A stretch of DNA of 47,429 bases from Candidatus Zixiibacteriota bacterium. GTDB taxonomy: Bacteria > Zixibacteria > MSB-5A5 > DASWLN01. Of this stretch, positions 1 through 8,117 are shown in pieces. Each line of letters begins with the position of its first letter. Positions within the stretch are counted from its first letter, which is position 1. The position numbers were made by a program, and so were the translations under genes. Where the stretch lies: NCBI GenBank assembly GCA_036396115.1, contig DASWLN010000038.1, forward strand, positions 1 to 47,429, written 5' to 3'. The notes beneath the pieces are model-generated. The model was not told where the DNA came from, did no database searches, and saw only the letters and a program-made list of their open reading frames with translations.

Positions 1-2
1 GA

Positions 3-455
3 AGCGCGAGAAATATAATCTGCGACAAGGTGATTTTAAAAGGGACGATGAGAAGCCTGGAGAAAAAGGTGGCTGGCGATTTGCCAATTTACGTAAAGCA
101 GATAGCTTCCGGGATTGCCCAAAGCCATGGAGCAGACTTTAAGGTCGCCTACAATAAAGGTTACCCGGTCTTAATTAATGATCCAAAATCAACAGATACT
201 GCCAGGGAAGTTACAAGAAACCTCTATACTAAGGAAGCCGTATATGAGATAGAAAAGCCGGTTATGGGTGGTGAAGATTTTGCCCGCTTCTTAGAAAAAA
301 TTGGTGGGACGATGATGAGGTTGGGCATAAGAAATGAAAAAATTGGAGCAATCTATCCTTGGCACCATCCCAAATTTAAAATAGATGAAAAGGCATTGAA
401 ATTCGGCTCAGCTGTCCTGGCGGGCATAGTTTTGAAGTCCTTACAGATTAAGTGA
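3..455 (+). CDS. M20 family amidohydrolase, C-terminal part (5' truncated by window edge)
   Basis: Frame is open from base 3 (SARNIICDKVILKGTMRSL). M20 motifs: MGGEDF, H-H-P-x-F-x-I-D-E. Confidence 0.85.
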   Translation, partial: SARNIICDKVILKGTMRSLEKKVAGDLPIYVKQIASGIAQSHGADFKVAYNKGYPVLINDPKSTDTAREVTRNLYTKEAVYEIEKPVMGGEDFARFLEKIGGTMMRLGIRNEKIGAIYPWHHPKFKIDEKALKFGSAVLAGIVLKSLQIK

Positions 456-584
456 AGCCTCCCTATGGAGACTTCCAAAACCCTTGTTTTGAACCCGCCT
501 TCGTCCCGACATAAGGTCGTGACTTCGGCGAGGCTCGCCTCGTCATTTCCGCCAATGGCGAGGCTTTCTGGCGGAGGCGAGTAA
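452..584. repeat. Composite palindromic repeat, family A (GTGAAGCCTCCC...GGCTTTCTGGCGGAGGCGAGTAA)
   Basis: Same termini and same internal CCCGCCTTCGTCCCGACATAA..GACTTCGGCGAGGCTC block as 7838-8086. Confidence 0.85.
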
Positions 585-2078
585 ATGAGAAAAATCCCCT
601 TACTACTTGCTTTTTTCCTCCTTTTTTTTCATCAAGTCAGCTTCTCTTATCTGTATAACGAAGGCGATTGGACAAGCTACACAATGACGCGCTATGTTAC
701 TTCCATCGCTATGGATGATAGGACAGTTTATTTTGGGACAAGTGGAGGGGTTATACGTTATAACAAAATCGAAAGGGTTTGGGAAGACCCTTTTACCACC
801 AGCGATGGTTTACCAGATAACAGAGTGAACAGAATAGCTTATGACAAAAATGAGGATGTGATTTGGGTTGATACCCCCCTTGGGTTCGCCTCCTACAATC
901 CCACTTTTAAAGAATGGAGAAGGGAAGCTAGTTTTCCTCTGGAATGGGTGAGAAGCGATAGGGATAGTCTGAAATTGCCTGATTTTTTTATGGAGTTTGG
1001 TTATGATTTTTTTCCCGATGGTTATATCCTCGACCAAAGACTTTCCAGATATGACATAACCGACTACCTTAGAGATGATTGGGGAGATAATCTGTGGCTT
1101 GCTACCTGGGGCTTGGGAGTGGCTTTCGGCTCTTTGCGAAGCTGGAACTTACAGCTTTATACTTTTGGTTTATATCAAAATGATGTCAAAGATATTTGCA
1201 TAGATGGGGGCGTAGCCTGGTTTGGCGGAAATGATATTTTTCAAAATAGAGTGGGAATAACCAAATATGATAGAGATAAAGATAAATGGGAATATTTCGT
1301 TGAAGGTTATGAGAATAATCTGGGAAGTGCCAGGGTTAATGCCATACGGGCAAGCCAGAATTTCGTCTGGTTCGGAACTACGCAGGGATTAGAGGTTTAC
1401 AGCAAAAAAAAAGAGGAATGGAGTTTTTATAAACGAGCCAAGGAATTAAGGAACAGCTACATAACCTGTCTGGAGTATTATCGCGGGTCGGATAAAAAAG
1501 ATGAGGGCATCCTTTATGTAGGAACATACATCGGCTTATGCTCTTACAAGGTGAAAAAAGATTCGATTGCCCAATTTAAGGACCAAAATATAAGTTCAGA
1601 GTATATCAATTGCCTGAAACTGTCACATAACTATCTCTGGGTGGGGACTCAAATGGGAACTTATCGTATTCCCCTTGCAGGAGGAAATGCAGGGGTATTT
1701 TCAACTCCAGACGGAATCACGAACAGCAATGTTAACGATATAGAAGAAGATAAGGACAAAGTCTGGTTTGCCACTGATAGGGGAATATTGGGTTACAATC
1801 CAATCACTGAGGAAAGGGAAGTTTATCAGATATCAGGCAACTATCCTGGGAGCCAACCTTTAAGATTGGCGATAGATGGAAAGAATCTCTGGGTGGGGAC
1901 GAAAAACGGGGTGTGGAGGATGGATAAGGAGAAAAAAATCTGGGATAACTTCACTATTTTTGATGGTTTGATAGATGACGAAATCCAGGCTATGGTTTTG
2001 GATGGAGACTACATCTGGTTTGGCACTCCTAAAGGTGCAACCCGGCTCTATTGGAATAATCCCCGTATCTTGAGATGA
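585..2078 (+). CDS. Secreted beta-propeller protein (two-component regulator propeller-like repeats)
   Basis: N-terminal signal peptide. Repeated SDGLPDNRVNRI / VWFGTxxG / LWVGTxxG / FDGLIDDEIQAM blades. Confidence 0.75.
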   Translation: MRKIPLLLAFFLLFFHQVSFSYLYNEGDWTSYTMTRYVTSIAMDDRTVYFGTSGGVIRYNKIERVWEDPFTTSDGLPDNRVNRIAYDKNEDVIWVDTPLGFASYNPTFKEWRREASFPLEWVRSDRDSLKLPDFFMEFGYDFFPDGYILDQRLSRYDITDYLRDDWGDNLWLATWGLGVAFGSLRSWNLQLYTFGLYQNDVKDICIDGGVAWFGGNDIFQNRVGITKYDRDKDKWEYFVEGYENNLGSARVNAIRASQNFVWFGTTQGLEVYSKKKEEWSFYKRAKELRNSYITCLEYYRGSDKKDEGILYVGTYIGLCSYKVKKDSIAQFKDQNISSEYINCLKLSHNYLWVGTQMGTYRIPLAGGNAGVFSTPDGITNSNVNDIEEDKDKVWFATDRGILGYNPITEEREVYQISGNYPGSQPLRLAIDGKNLWVGTKNGVWRMDKEKKIWDNFTIFDGLIDDEIQAMVLDGDYIWFGTPKGATRLYWNNPRILR

Positions 2079-3163
2079 ATATGAAACTAAAACAGGTAGG
2101 AGAGTTCGGCTTAATAGATTTAATAAGAAAAAGAGTCTTCTCCAAAGGGAAAGAAGTAGTCTTGGGCATAGGAGATGACGCAGCCATATTGAAATTGAAT
2201 AAAAGTAATTTACAGCTCTTGACTACTGATGCTTTGGTGGAAAAAATCCATTTCGATTTGGACTACTTCCCGCTGGAAGCGGTTGGCTGGAAAGGGATGG
2301 TGGCGAATTTAAGTGACATTGCGGCTATGGGAGGAGTGCCTAAAGCAGCAGTTGTCACCTTGGGAATAAATAACAGATTCAAAGTGGAGGAGATATTATC
2401 CCTTTGTTCCGGAATATCCAAAGCGGCAAAAAGATTCAACTGTCCCATAGTGGGTGGGGACATTGTTCTTTCCCCTCGAAATCTTTTCTTGTCTATCGCT
2501 ATATTAGGCGAAGTCAAAAAGGGATTGGCAGTCAGAAGAATCGGGGCAAGGGTTGGCGATTTAATTGCAGTTACAGGTGACTTGGGTAGCTCCTCGGCCG
2601 GGTTAGAATATTTAAAATTAAACAAGAAACCACGTTCGTCCTCGCCTAGTGGCTCGCCTCTCGGCGCTCGCCTCTCGGCGAAGCCGAGGGAAGCCGAGGG
2701 AAGCCGAGGGAAGCCGAGGGAAGCAGAGGGCGAAGCCACTGGTTTTGCCAGAAAGTTCCTTTATCCTCTTCCGCGTCTAAAAGAAGCCCAACTCATAACT
2801 CGATTTCTCAAACCAAAAGCGATGATTGACATAAGCGATGGCTTATCCTCAGAAGCTTATCATTTGACTGTGGAGAATGGATTGGGCGCAAATATTTATG
2901 AAAATAATCTTCCGATCAGCAAGATTGCTCTCAAGATAGCAGAAGGGGATAAAAAGAAAGCATTGCATTATGCTTTTAATTCAGGCGAGGAGTATGAGCT
3001 TTTATTTGCCTTCGATGGAACAAGAATCAGTCAATTTCGTAAACTGAGTAGAAAGATAAAGATTAGCATTATCGGCAAGGTAACCAGAGAAAGAAAAATC
3101 AGGTTGACAGAAAGTGATGGCAAATCAAGAAGTTTATCTTATAAGGGTTATACTCATTTCTAA
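2075..3163 (+). CDS. thiL: Thiamine-monophosphate kinase, with an in-frame repeat-derived insertion
   Basis: GEFGLI, GIGDDAA, NLSDIAAMGG, GGD, MIDISDGL and SGEEYELLF motifs. ATGA overlap with the upstream gene. Confidence 0.95.
   Translation: MNMKLKQVGEFGLIDLIRKRVFSKGKEVVLGIGDDAAILKLNKSNLQLLTTDALVEKIHFDLDYFPLEAVGWKGMVANLSDIAAMGGVPKAAVVTLGINNRFKVEEILSLCSGISKAAKRFNCPIVGGDIVLSPRNLFLSIAILGEVKKGLAVRRIGARVGDLIAVTGDLGSSSAGLEYLKLNKKPRSSSPSGSPLGARLSAKPREAEGSRGKPREAEGEATGFARKFLYPLPRLKEAQLITRFLKPKAMIDISDGLSSEAYHLTVENGLGANIYENNLPISKIALKIAEGDKKKALHYAFNSGEEYELLFAFDGTRISQFRKLSRKIKISIIGKVTRERKIRLTESDGKSRSLSYKGYTHF
2641..2742. repeat. Palindromic/tandem repeat inside thiL: (CTCGCCTCTCGGCG)x2 plus (AAGCCGAGGG)x5
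   Basis: 14-mer at 2653-2666 and 2667-2680. 10-mer at 2681-2730; the last copy has one mismatch. Confidence 0.9.
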
Positions 3164-3204
3164 AAGAGGTGGTTAGGGTATGTTAAGAGGCAAGTTGTTT
3201 TTTT

Positions 3205-3478
3205 GTTGGTTCGGGAATTGGAATTCCCGAACCCTTTCGTGTGGGAAATCCAATTCCCACACAAACCAATACAAACGCATTAGTTTACGTTCAATGAATC
3301 TCCCCTCGCCCTCGCCTCGATTCGGCCCGCCTCGGCGAGCCATCGGCGAGACGGGCGAAACGGGCCTCTTTTTCAAAGAGGGGGAAAAGGAGGTCTCCCC
3401 CTTTGAAAAAGGGGGACTTGATGGTTCGATATACTCACCATCCTGAGCAAAGTCGAAGGGAGGGGGATTTTAAAATAG
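3205..3478. repeat. Mosaic of palindromic repeats (TTCGGGAATTGGAATTCCCGAA; nested CCCTCGCCTCGATTCGGCCC... module; GGTTCGA..CTCACCATCCTGAGC..GTCGAAGG)
   Basis: 3309-3359 is identical to 9632-9682. The 3210-3232 motif recurs near 15408-15432. The 3423-3459 motif recurs near 31214-31249 and 45682-45719. Confidence 0.85.
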
Positions 3479-3580
3479 ATTGCATATTGCTCTAATATGT
3501 AACAACATTTAATCCGTTTGCTATAAATCGAGGAGTCTATCTTCCAGAGATTATACTCATTTCTAAAAGGAGGCCAAAGC

Positions 3581-5104
3581 ATGTTAAGAAGCAAATTGTC
3601 TTATCTGCTTTTCGCAATTCTATTTTTGTGTTTCGGCTTAAACCAGCTGTGGGCAGATGAAGGTTCTATTTTTACCAGGCAGAACCTGAGAGTAAATGGA
3701 AAAATTATTGGCAAGACGTACGAAGATTTAAATGGAGATGGTTTAGTTGACTTCTTGGTTTTTTACTTGGAGGGAGAAAATGAAAACCCCAACTCGCCTA
3801 GGGGCGAAGCCACTGGAAGGATGGTCGGCCTTTTCGAACAACAAAAAGGTTCAGGATTTGACAGCATTCCCAATCAAACCTTTGAACTGAATAAAAAGGC
3901 TTCAATTGTTGACCTGGTAGATATAAATAAAGATAATAAAAAAGAATTACTTTTTTTGGCAGATGATGGCATCTATTATTATTCCCTAAATGGTGATTCT
4001 TTCAACAAGGAGTCCTCTTTATTATTCTCAACTAATAGTTTCTTACCCTCTTCAGAAGAGAACATTGTGATATGGGATTTTTGTCCTGATTTCCAAAACA
4101 AAGGTCAACTGGTCATAATTCCCCAGAAGAGAGGGTTTGAAATCTGGACAAGAAACGATCAGGGGGAGTTCGTTCGCCAAGACAAGTTGGGATTCAAGCC
4201 GGATATCTCTCTTTCCAGTAGCCCCGGAGAGTTGAACCAGAAAAGAGGATTAATTCATTTTTCCTATGGAATACCAGGTTTAATCTTTACAGACTATAAT
4301 AAAGACGGTAAGGAAGATATTCTCATTTTAAAAGAAGATAAAATCCATGTTTTTCTCTCGAAGGAAGATGGCTTCTTTGGAGAACAAGCGGATAAAGTGC
4401 TTACCTTGAAACCAAAAGACAACAAAGAGGAGAATATAGATTTCAAAATCGAGGATATCAATGGAGATGGAATAATTGATCTGGCTGTGAACCAATCCGG
4501 TGGAGACCTGGAAAAGGGTTTCAAGAGCAAAATAAGTATATACTTAGGCAAAGAAGGGGAAGGGCTAAACTTAGATTCGCCGCATCAGGTTATCTCTTCT
4601 GAAAAAGAGCAATCCTCTCTTGAGCTTTACGATTTAAATAAAGATGGGAAGGAGGAGATGATCGTATCCGGGGCGGGCTTCAACATAGGTTCAATGATAA
4701 AGATTCTGCTGGCCAAGAGCGTAAAACTTGATTTTGATGTCCGCAGTTTAGGGAAGAACGATATCTATCCGGACCAACCCAATCGTAAAATAAAATTGAA
4801 CATCAAGGTATCATTTGGTAGCTCAGATGAAGACAATTTGGCAATGGACCCCTCCGGGGATTTCAATGGGGATGGCTTGAACGATTTGTTCTTTGCTGGC
4901 GGTGACAATATGCTGAAGTTTTTTCTGGGAAGAAAAGGGGATTTCTTTGCGGATAAGCCCCAACATGAGCTGGGCATAGAGATTCCAGCTGGAAATTGTA
5001 AGATAATAGATCTAAATAACGATAACAAAAGCGACATAATTTTCAGTTTTGGAGATAAAAAGGAATTGAGGGGCAAAATGGTTATCCTCTTTTCCAAGAT
5101 GTGA
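3581..5104 (+). CDS. Secreted FG-GAP/VCBS-repeat protein
   Basis: Signal peptide. Many DxNxDGxxD Ca-binding repeats (DLNGDGLVD, DINKDNKKE, DYNKDGKED, DINGDGIID, DFNGDGLND). GGAGG RBS. Confidence 0.8.
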   Translation: MLRSKLSYLLFAILFLCFGLNQLWADEGSIFTRQNLRVNGKIIGKTYEDLNGDGLVDFLVFYLEGENENPNSPRGEATGRMVGLFEQQKGSGFDSIPNQTFELNKKASIVDLVDINKDNKKELLFLADDGIYYYSLNGDSFNKESSLLFSTNSFLPSSEENIVIWDFCPDFQNKGQLVIIPQKRGFEIWTRNDQGEFVRQDKLGFKPDISLSSSPGELNQKRGLIHFSYGIPGLIFTDYNKDGKEDILILKEDKIHVFLSKEDGFFGEQADKVLTLKPKDNKEENIDFKIEDINGDGIIDLAVNQSGGDLEKGFKSKISIYLGKEGEGLNLDSPHQVISSEKEQSSLELYDLNKDGKEEMIVSGAGFNIGSMIKILLAKSVKLDFDVRSLGKNDIYPDQPNRKIKLNIKVSFGSSDEDNLAMDPSGDFNGDGLNDLFFAGGDNMLKFFLGRKGDFFADKPQHELGIEIPAGNCKIIDLNNDNKSDIIFSFGDKKELRGKMVILFSKM

Positions 5105-5115
5105 GAAGTTTTCTG

Positions 5116-5144
5116 TTGACTGTCTAGGTGATTTTAGTTAATTT
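5116..5144 (+). promoter_or_regulatory. Putative sigma70 promoter of the Zn-ribbon gene
   Basis: TTGACT-17 bp-TAATTT. Confidence 0.35.
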
Positions 5145-5207
5145 GAAAAAGATTTAAAAAAAAGTGGTGGGCGGAGCGCAAAATATTAGTTTGGGGAGGT
5201 GGGGAAT

Positions 5208-5399
5208 ATGGAACACAGCTTTCCTGAGTGCCAAAAGTGCGGCACCGGCGTTTTGATACCGTTGTCCGATTACGGTCGGGAAGGGGCAACCATTCGCTTT
5301 AAGGCTTGGGTTTGCACCAATCCGGAATGTGGCTTCTCCATTCGCATAGACAATGGAGAAGTCAGCTACGGCAAGACCATTGGCCATTCCACCAAGTGA
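5208..5399 (+). CDS. Small zinc-ribbon protein (CxxC...CxxxxC), function unknown
   Basis: ECQKCG and VCTNPECG motifs. Strong GGGGAGGT RBS 8 nt before ATG 5208; the ORF track starts at GTG 5199. Confidence 0.75.
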   Translation: MEHSFPECQKCGTGVLIPLSDYGREGATIRFKAWVCTNPECGFSIRIDNGEVSYGKTIGHSTK

Positions 5400-5465
5400 T
5401 TTGCATATTTTAATTTGAGTTATGGCGCTCCGCCCATCCTACTTTTAAGCGAGAAGTAACTTCCT

Positions 5466-6389
5466 ATGGAAAAGATATTCAGCAATCTCGGCTTGAAAAT
5501 AGCAGCTCTGTTTTTGGCTTTACTTTTGTGGTTTCATGCCACCACTGATAAAACCTTCATATATGATTTTGACTTGCCTCTGGTCATTTCTAATATGCCT
5601 TCTGATTTGATATTGGCTAGCCCAGTTCCTTCCAAGATAGAAGTCAAGATTAGGGGCAAAGGCAAACAACTGATAAAATATTTTCTCTCCGACAAGGAAG
5701 ACGTGGTGATTGATGTTAGCCAATTGAAATACAGGGAAATGGATTACGTAATCAGGCCAGAGGAGATTCCCCTGCCTAAGGATTTGAGCTTAGAGGTGGA
5801 GAAGGTGGATTCACCCAAGCAGATAAAAATATTATTGGATTACTTCTCCGAAAAGAAAGTTCCGATTAGAAACCAGATGGAAGTCATAACTCAAAGCGGA
5901 TATGTTCAAATTGACTCGTTAGGGCTTAAGCCGGACAAGGTTTTACTCTCTGGGCCGAGAACACTAACCAGGAAAATTGACCAGGTATATACTGAAAGAA
6001 AAATCCTGGGTAGTTTGAACTCATCTACCTCTGGCTTGGTTCCATTGATTGTGCCGGAGGGATTTAATCTGAAACTCTCTCCGGATGAAGTTGAGTACAA
6101 AGTCTTGGTGGAAAAGCTGACGCAAAAGGAATTCACTCAAATTAGTGTAGAGTTAGTAAATCTCCCAGTCAAGAAGAAAGTCAAAATCGAGCCAAAGAGC
6201 ATAGACCTGTTCGTTCAGGGGGTTTCACAGAAGGTGGAGCAAATTACACCTGACAAAATAAAAGTCAGTTTGGATTGCGATAGACTTGGCACCAGGAAAG
6301 AGGGGAAAATAGTGCCACAGGTGAAGCTCCCCAAAGAAGTGGAATTAGTTAGAATAGTGCCGGATAGCATAAAGTTCACTGTAGAATAA
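5466..6389 (+). CDS. CdaR/YbbR-like domain protein
   Basis: NLGLKIAALFLALLLW N-terminal anchor followed by three YbbR-like repeats (PSKIEVKIRG, PDKVLLSGP, PKSIDLFVQG). Confidence 0.8.
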   Translation: MEKIFSNLGLKIAALFLALLLWFHATTDKTFIYDFDLPLVISNMPSDLILASPVPSKIEVKIRGKGKQLIKYFLSDKEDVVIDVSQLKYREMDYVIRPEEIPLPKDLSLEVEKVDSPKQIKILLDYFSEKKVPIRNQMEVITQSGYVQIDSLGLKPDKVLLSGPRTLTRKIDQVYTERKILGSLNSSTSGLVPLIVPEGFNLKLSPDEVEYKVLVEKLTQKEFTQISVELVNLPVKKKVKIEPKSIDLFVQGVSQKVEQITPDKIKVSLDCDRLGTRKEGKIVPQVKLPKEVELVRIVPDSIKFTVE

Positions 6390-6452
6390 AATGCTATTAT
6401 TTTTTTCTTCAGCGAGGTGGCTTTTCCCTCGCTATTTTATTTTGAGAATATT

Positions 6453-7457
6453 ATGCTCATTTTAGGTATTGAAACCTCTTGCGATGAGACCTCAGCTGCT
6501 ATCACCAGAGATGGCAGGATTCTATCCAATGTTATTTACTCCCAATTGATTCATACCAGATATGGAGGGGTGGTTCCAGAAATAGCCTCGCGCCAGCATA
6601 TAAAAACCATTATGCCAGTGGTGCAGGAAGCCTTGAGCCGAGCTAAAACCCCTTTGAAAAAAATTGAGGGGATTGCTGTAACTTATGGTCCGGGTTTAGT
6701 GGGTTGTCTTTTAGTAGGCATCTCCTGGTCAAAAGCATTGGCTTATTCACTCAAGATTCCGTTGATTGGGATAAATCATATCGAAGCCCATATCTTTGCC
6801 AATTTCCTGGAACATCCCAAGCCTATGCCCCCTTTTGTCTGCTTGGTGGTGTCCGGTGGGCATACCCTTCTGGTGGATGTCAAAGAAAAGGGCAACTATC
6901 GGGTTATGGGACAGACCAGAGATGATGCAGCTGGAGAGGCATTCGACAAAGTGGCGAAACTTCTGGAGATTGGCTACCCGGGTGGACCATTGATAGATAG
7001 GATATCTAAAAAAGGTAAAAGAGATTTTGTAAGATTTCCCCGTGCCTACTTAGAAAAAGATAGTTTAGATTTCAGTTTCAGTGGACTAAAAACCGCAGTG
7101 GCTATCTACGCTTCCGGGTTGTCAAAGACCAAGATAAACAGAAATAAGAAAGACATCGCGGCCAGCTTCCAGGAGGCAGTGGCGGATGTTTTGATAGAGA
7201 AGAGCATAAGAGCTCTCAGGGTAGCGAAGAGCAAACGATTGGGCCTGGCTGGTGGCGTTGCCAGAAACAGTCGGTTAAGAGAGAAGTTGGAGGCGAAAGC
7301 TAAAGATTTGAAATTCGACTTATATTATCCTTCATACGAGTTATGCACGGATAATGCGGCTATGGTTGCGGCTTGCGGAGATTTTTACCTTTCCCAAGGG
7401 ATAAAGTCGGATTTAAGCTTAAATGCAATTCCTTACGCTAAAATAAGTTCAATTTAA
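6453..7457 (+). CDS. tsaD: tRNA N6-adenosine threonylcarbamoyltransferase subunit TsaD
   Basis: ILGIETSCDETS, GGVVPEIASRQH, HIEAH, VSGGHT, DDAAGEAFDK, FSFSGLKT, CTDNAAM. Start placed at ATG 6453. Confidence 0.97.
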   Translation: MLILGIETSCDETSAAITRDGRILSNVIYSQLIHTRYGGVVPEIASRQHIKTIMPVVQEALSRAKTPLKKIEGIAVTYGPGLVGCLLVGISWSKALAYSLKIPLIGINHIEAHIFANFLEHPKPMPPFVCLVVSGGHTLLVDVKEKGNYRVMGQTRDDAAGEAFDKVAKLLEIGYPGGPLIDRISKKGKRDFVRFPRAYLEKDSLDFSFSGLKTAVAIYASGLSKTKINRNKKDIAASFQEAVADVLIEKSIRALRVAKSKRLGLAGGVARNSRLREKLEAKAKDLKFDLYYPSYELCTDNAAMVAACGDFYLSQGIKSDLSLNAIPYAKISSI

Positions 7458-7495
7458 ACTTGTAATTCCCTGTGGCTCGCGACAGAGTTATTTTG

Positions 7496-7583
7496 TGTCA
7501 TTCCGCACTTGATGCGGAATCCAGGTTTGGTTGTTGTGGTTTTATCGTTCTCTTTCTGGATTCCCGCATTCGCGGGAATGACA
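7496..7583. repeat. CGTC/TGTC-type REP pair (GTCATTCCGC...GCGGAATCCA / TGGATTCCCGC...GCGGGAATGAC)
   Basis: Inverted pair of hairpins. Related pairs occur near 45514-45649 and 47329-47397. Confidence 0.8.
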
Positions 7584-7641
7584 GCGCAATACATTCCTAC
7601 ACGAATTTTGTGTCTTGAGAGTGGGAGATTTTATTGTATTT

Positions 7642-7690
7642 CCTCTCCCTTGGTACGAACCATGACGGTTCATACCTTGGGGGGAGAGGG
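7642..7690. repeat. DUF559-end-type hairpin carrying a 23-bp micro-insertion
   Basis: CCTCTCC-CTTG-[GTACGAACCATGACGGTTCATAC]-CTTG-GGGGGAGAGGG. Confidence 0.75.
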
Positions 7691-7837
7691 AACTGGCAAG
7701 AATAGTATTAGTTTTCTACGGGACATTCTGGTATGTCGCCTGCGTTTCTACCCCCCCCCACTCTCTGGGGTTTTTTATTAAAATCATTTGCCTTTTTGGG
7801 TATAAGGGTTATTATTTGTTATGTCAATGCCCTTAAA

Positions 7838-8086
7838 GTGAAGCCTCCCCCTACGGGGGTTTCCCAAATATAAAAGGCCCTCGGCTTCGCCGAGAGGCGA
7901 GCGAAACTTCGCCCGCCTTAAGCGAGGTTCGCCAAAGGCGACCGAAGCATTCTTTTAAGCCCGCCTTCGTCCCGACATAACGTCGGGACTTCGGCGAGGC
8001 TCACCTCGCCATTTCCGCCAAAGGCGAGACTTCGCCTCTTTGGGGCGAGCATCCGCCTACAGGGGCTTTCTGGCGGAGGCGAGTAA
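7838..8086. repeat. Composite palindromic repeat, family A (expanded copy)
   Basis: Same termini as 452-584, with additional nested hairpins. Confidence 0.85.
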
Positions 8087-8117
8087 CTCAAAAGAGAAAA
8101 AGGAATAAGTTGAAGAG

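Noticed and set aside
585-2078. Calling the beta-propeller protein PorZ
   Set aside because: It has propeller repeats but lacks the C-terminal sorting domain expected for PorZ, so it is left as a generic propeller.
3173-3594. ORFs 3173-3376(-), 3180-3446(+), 3373-3594(-)
   Set aside because: They are translations of palindromic repeat DNA (PSPSPRFGPPRR, SPFEKGG) with no protein-like signal.
7509-7781. 90-aa ORF containing WIPAFAGMT
   Set aside because: This peptide is the typical translation of the GGATTCCCGC..GCGGGAATGAC repeat; spurious.
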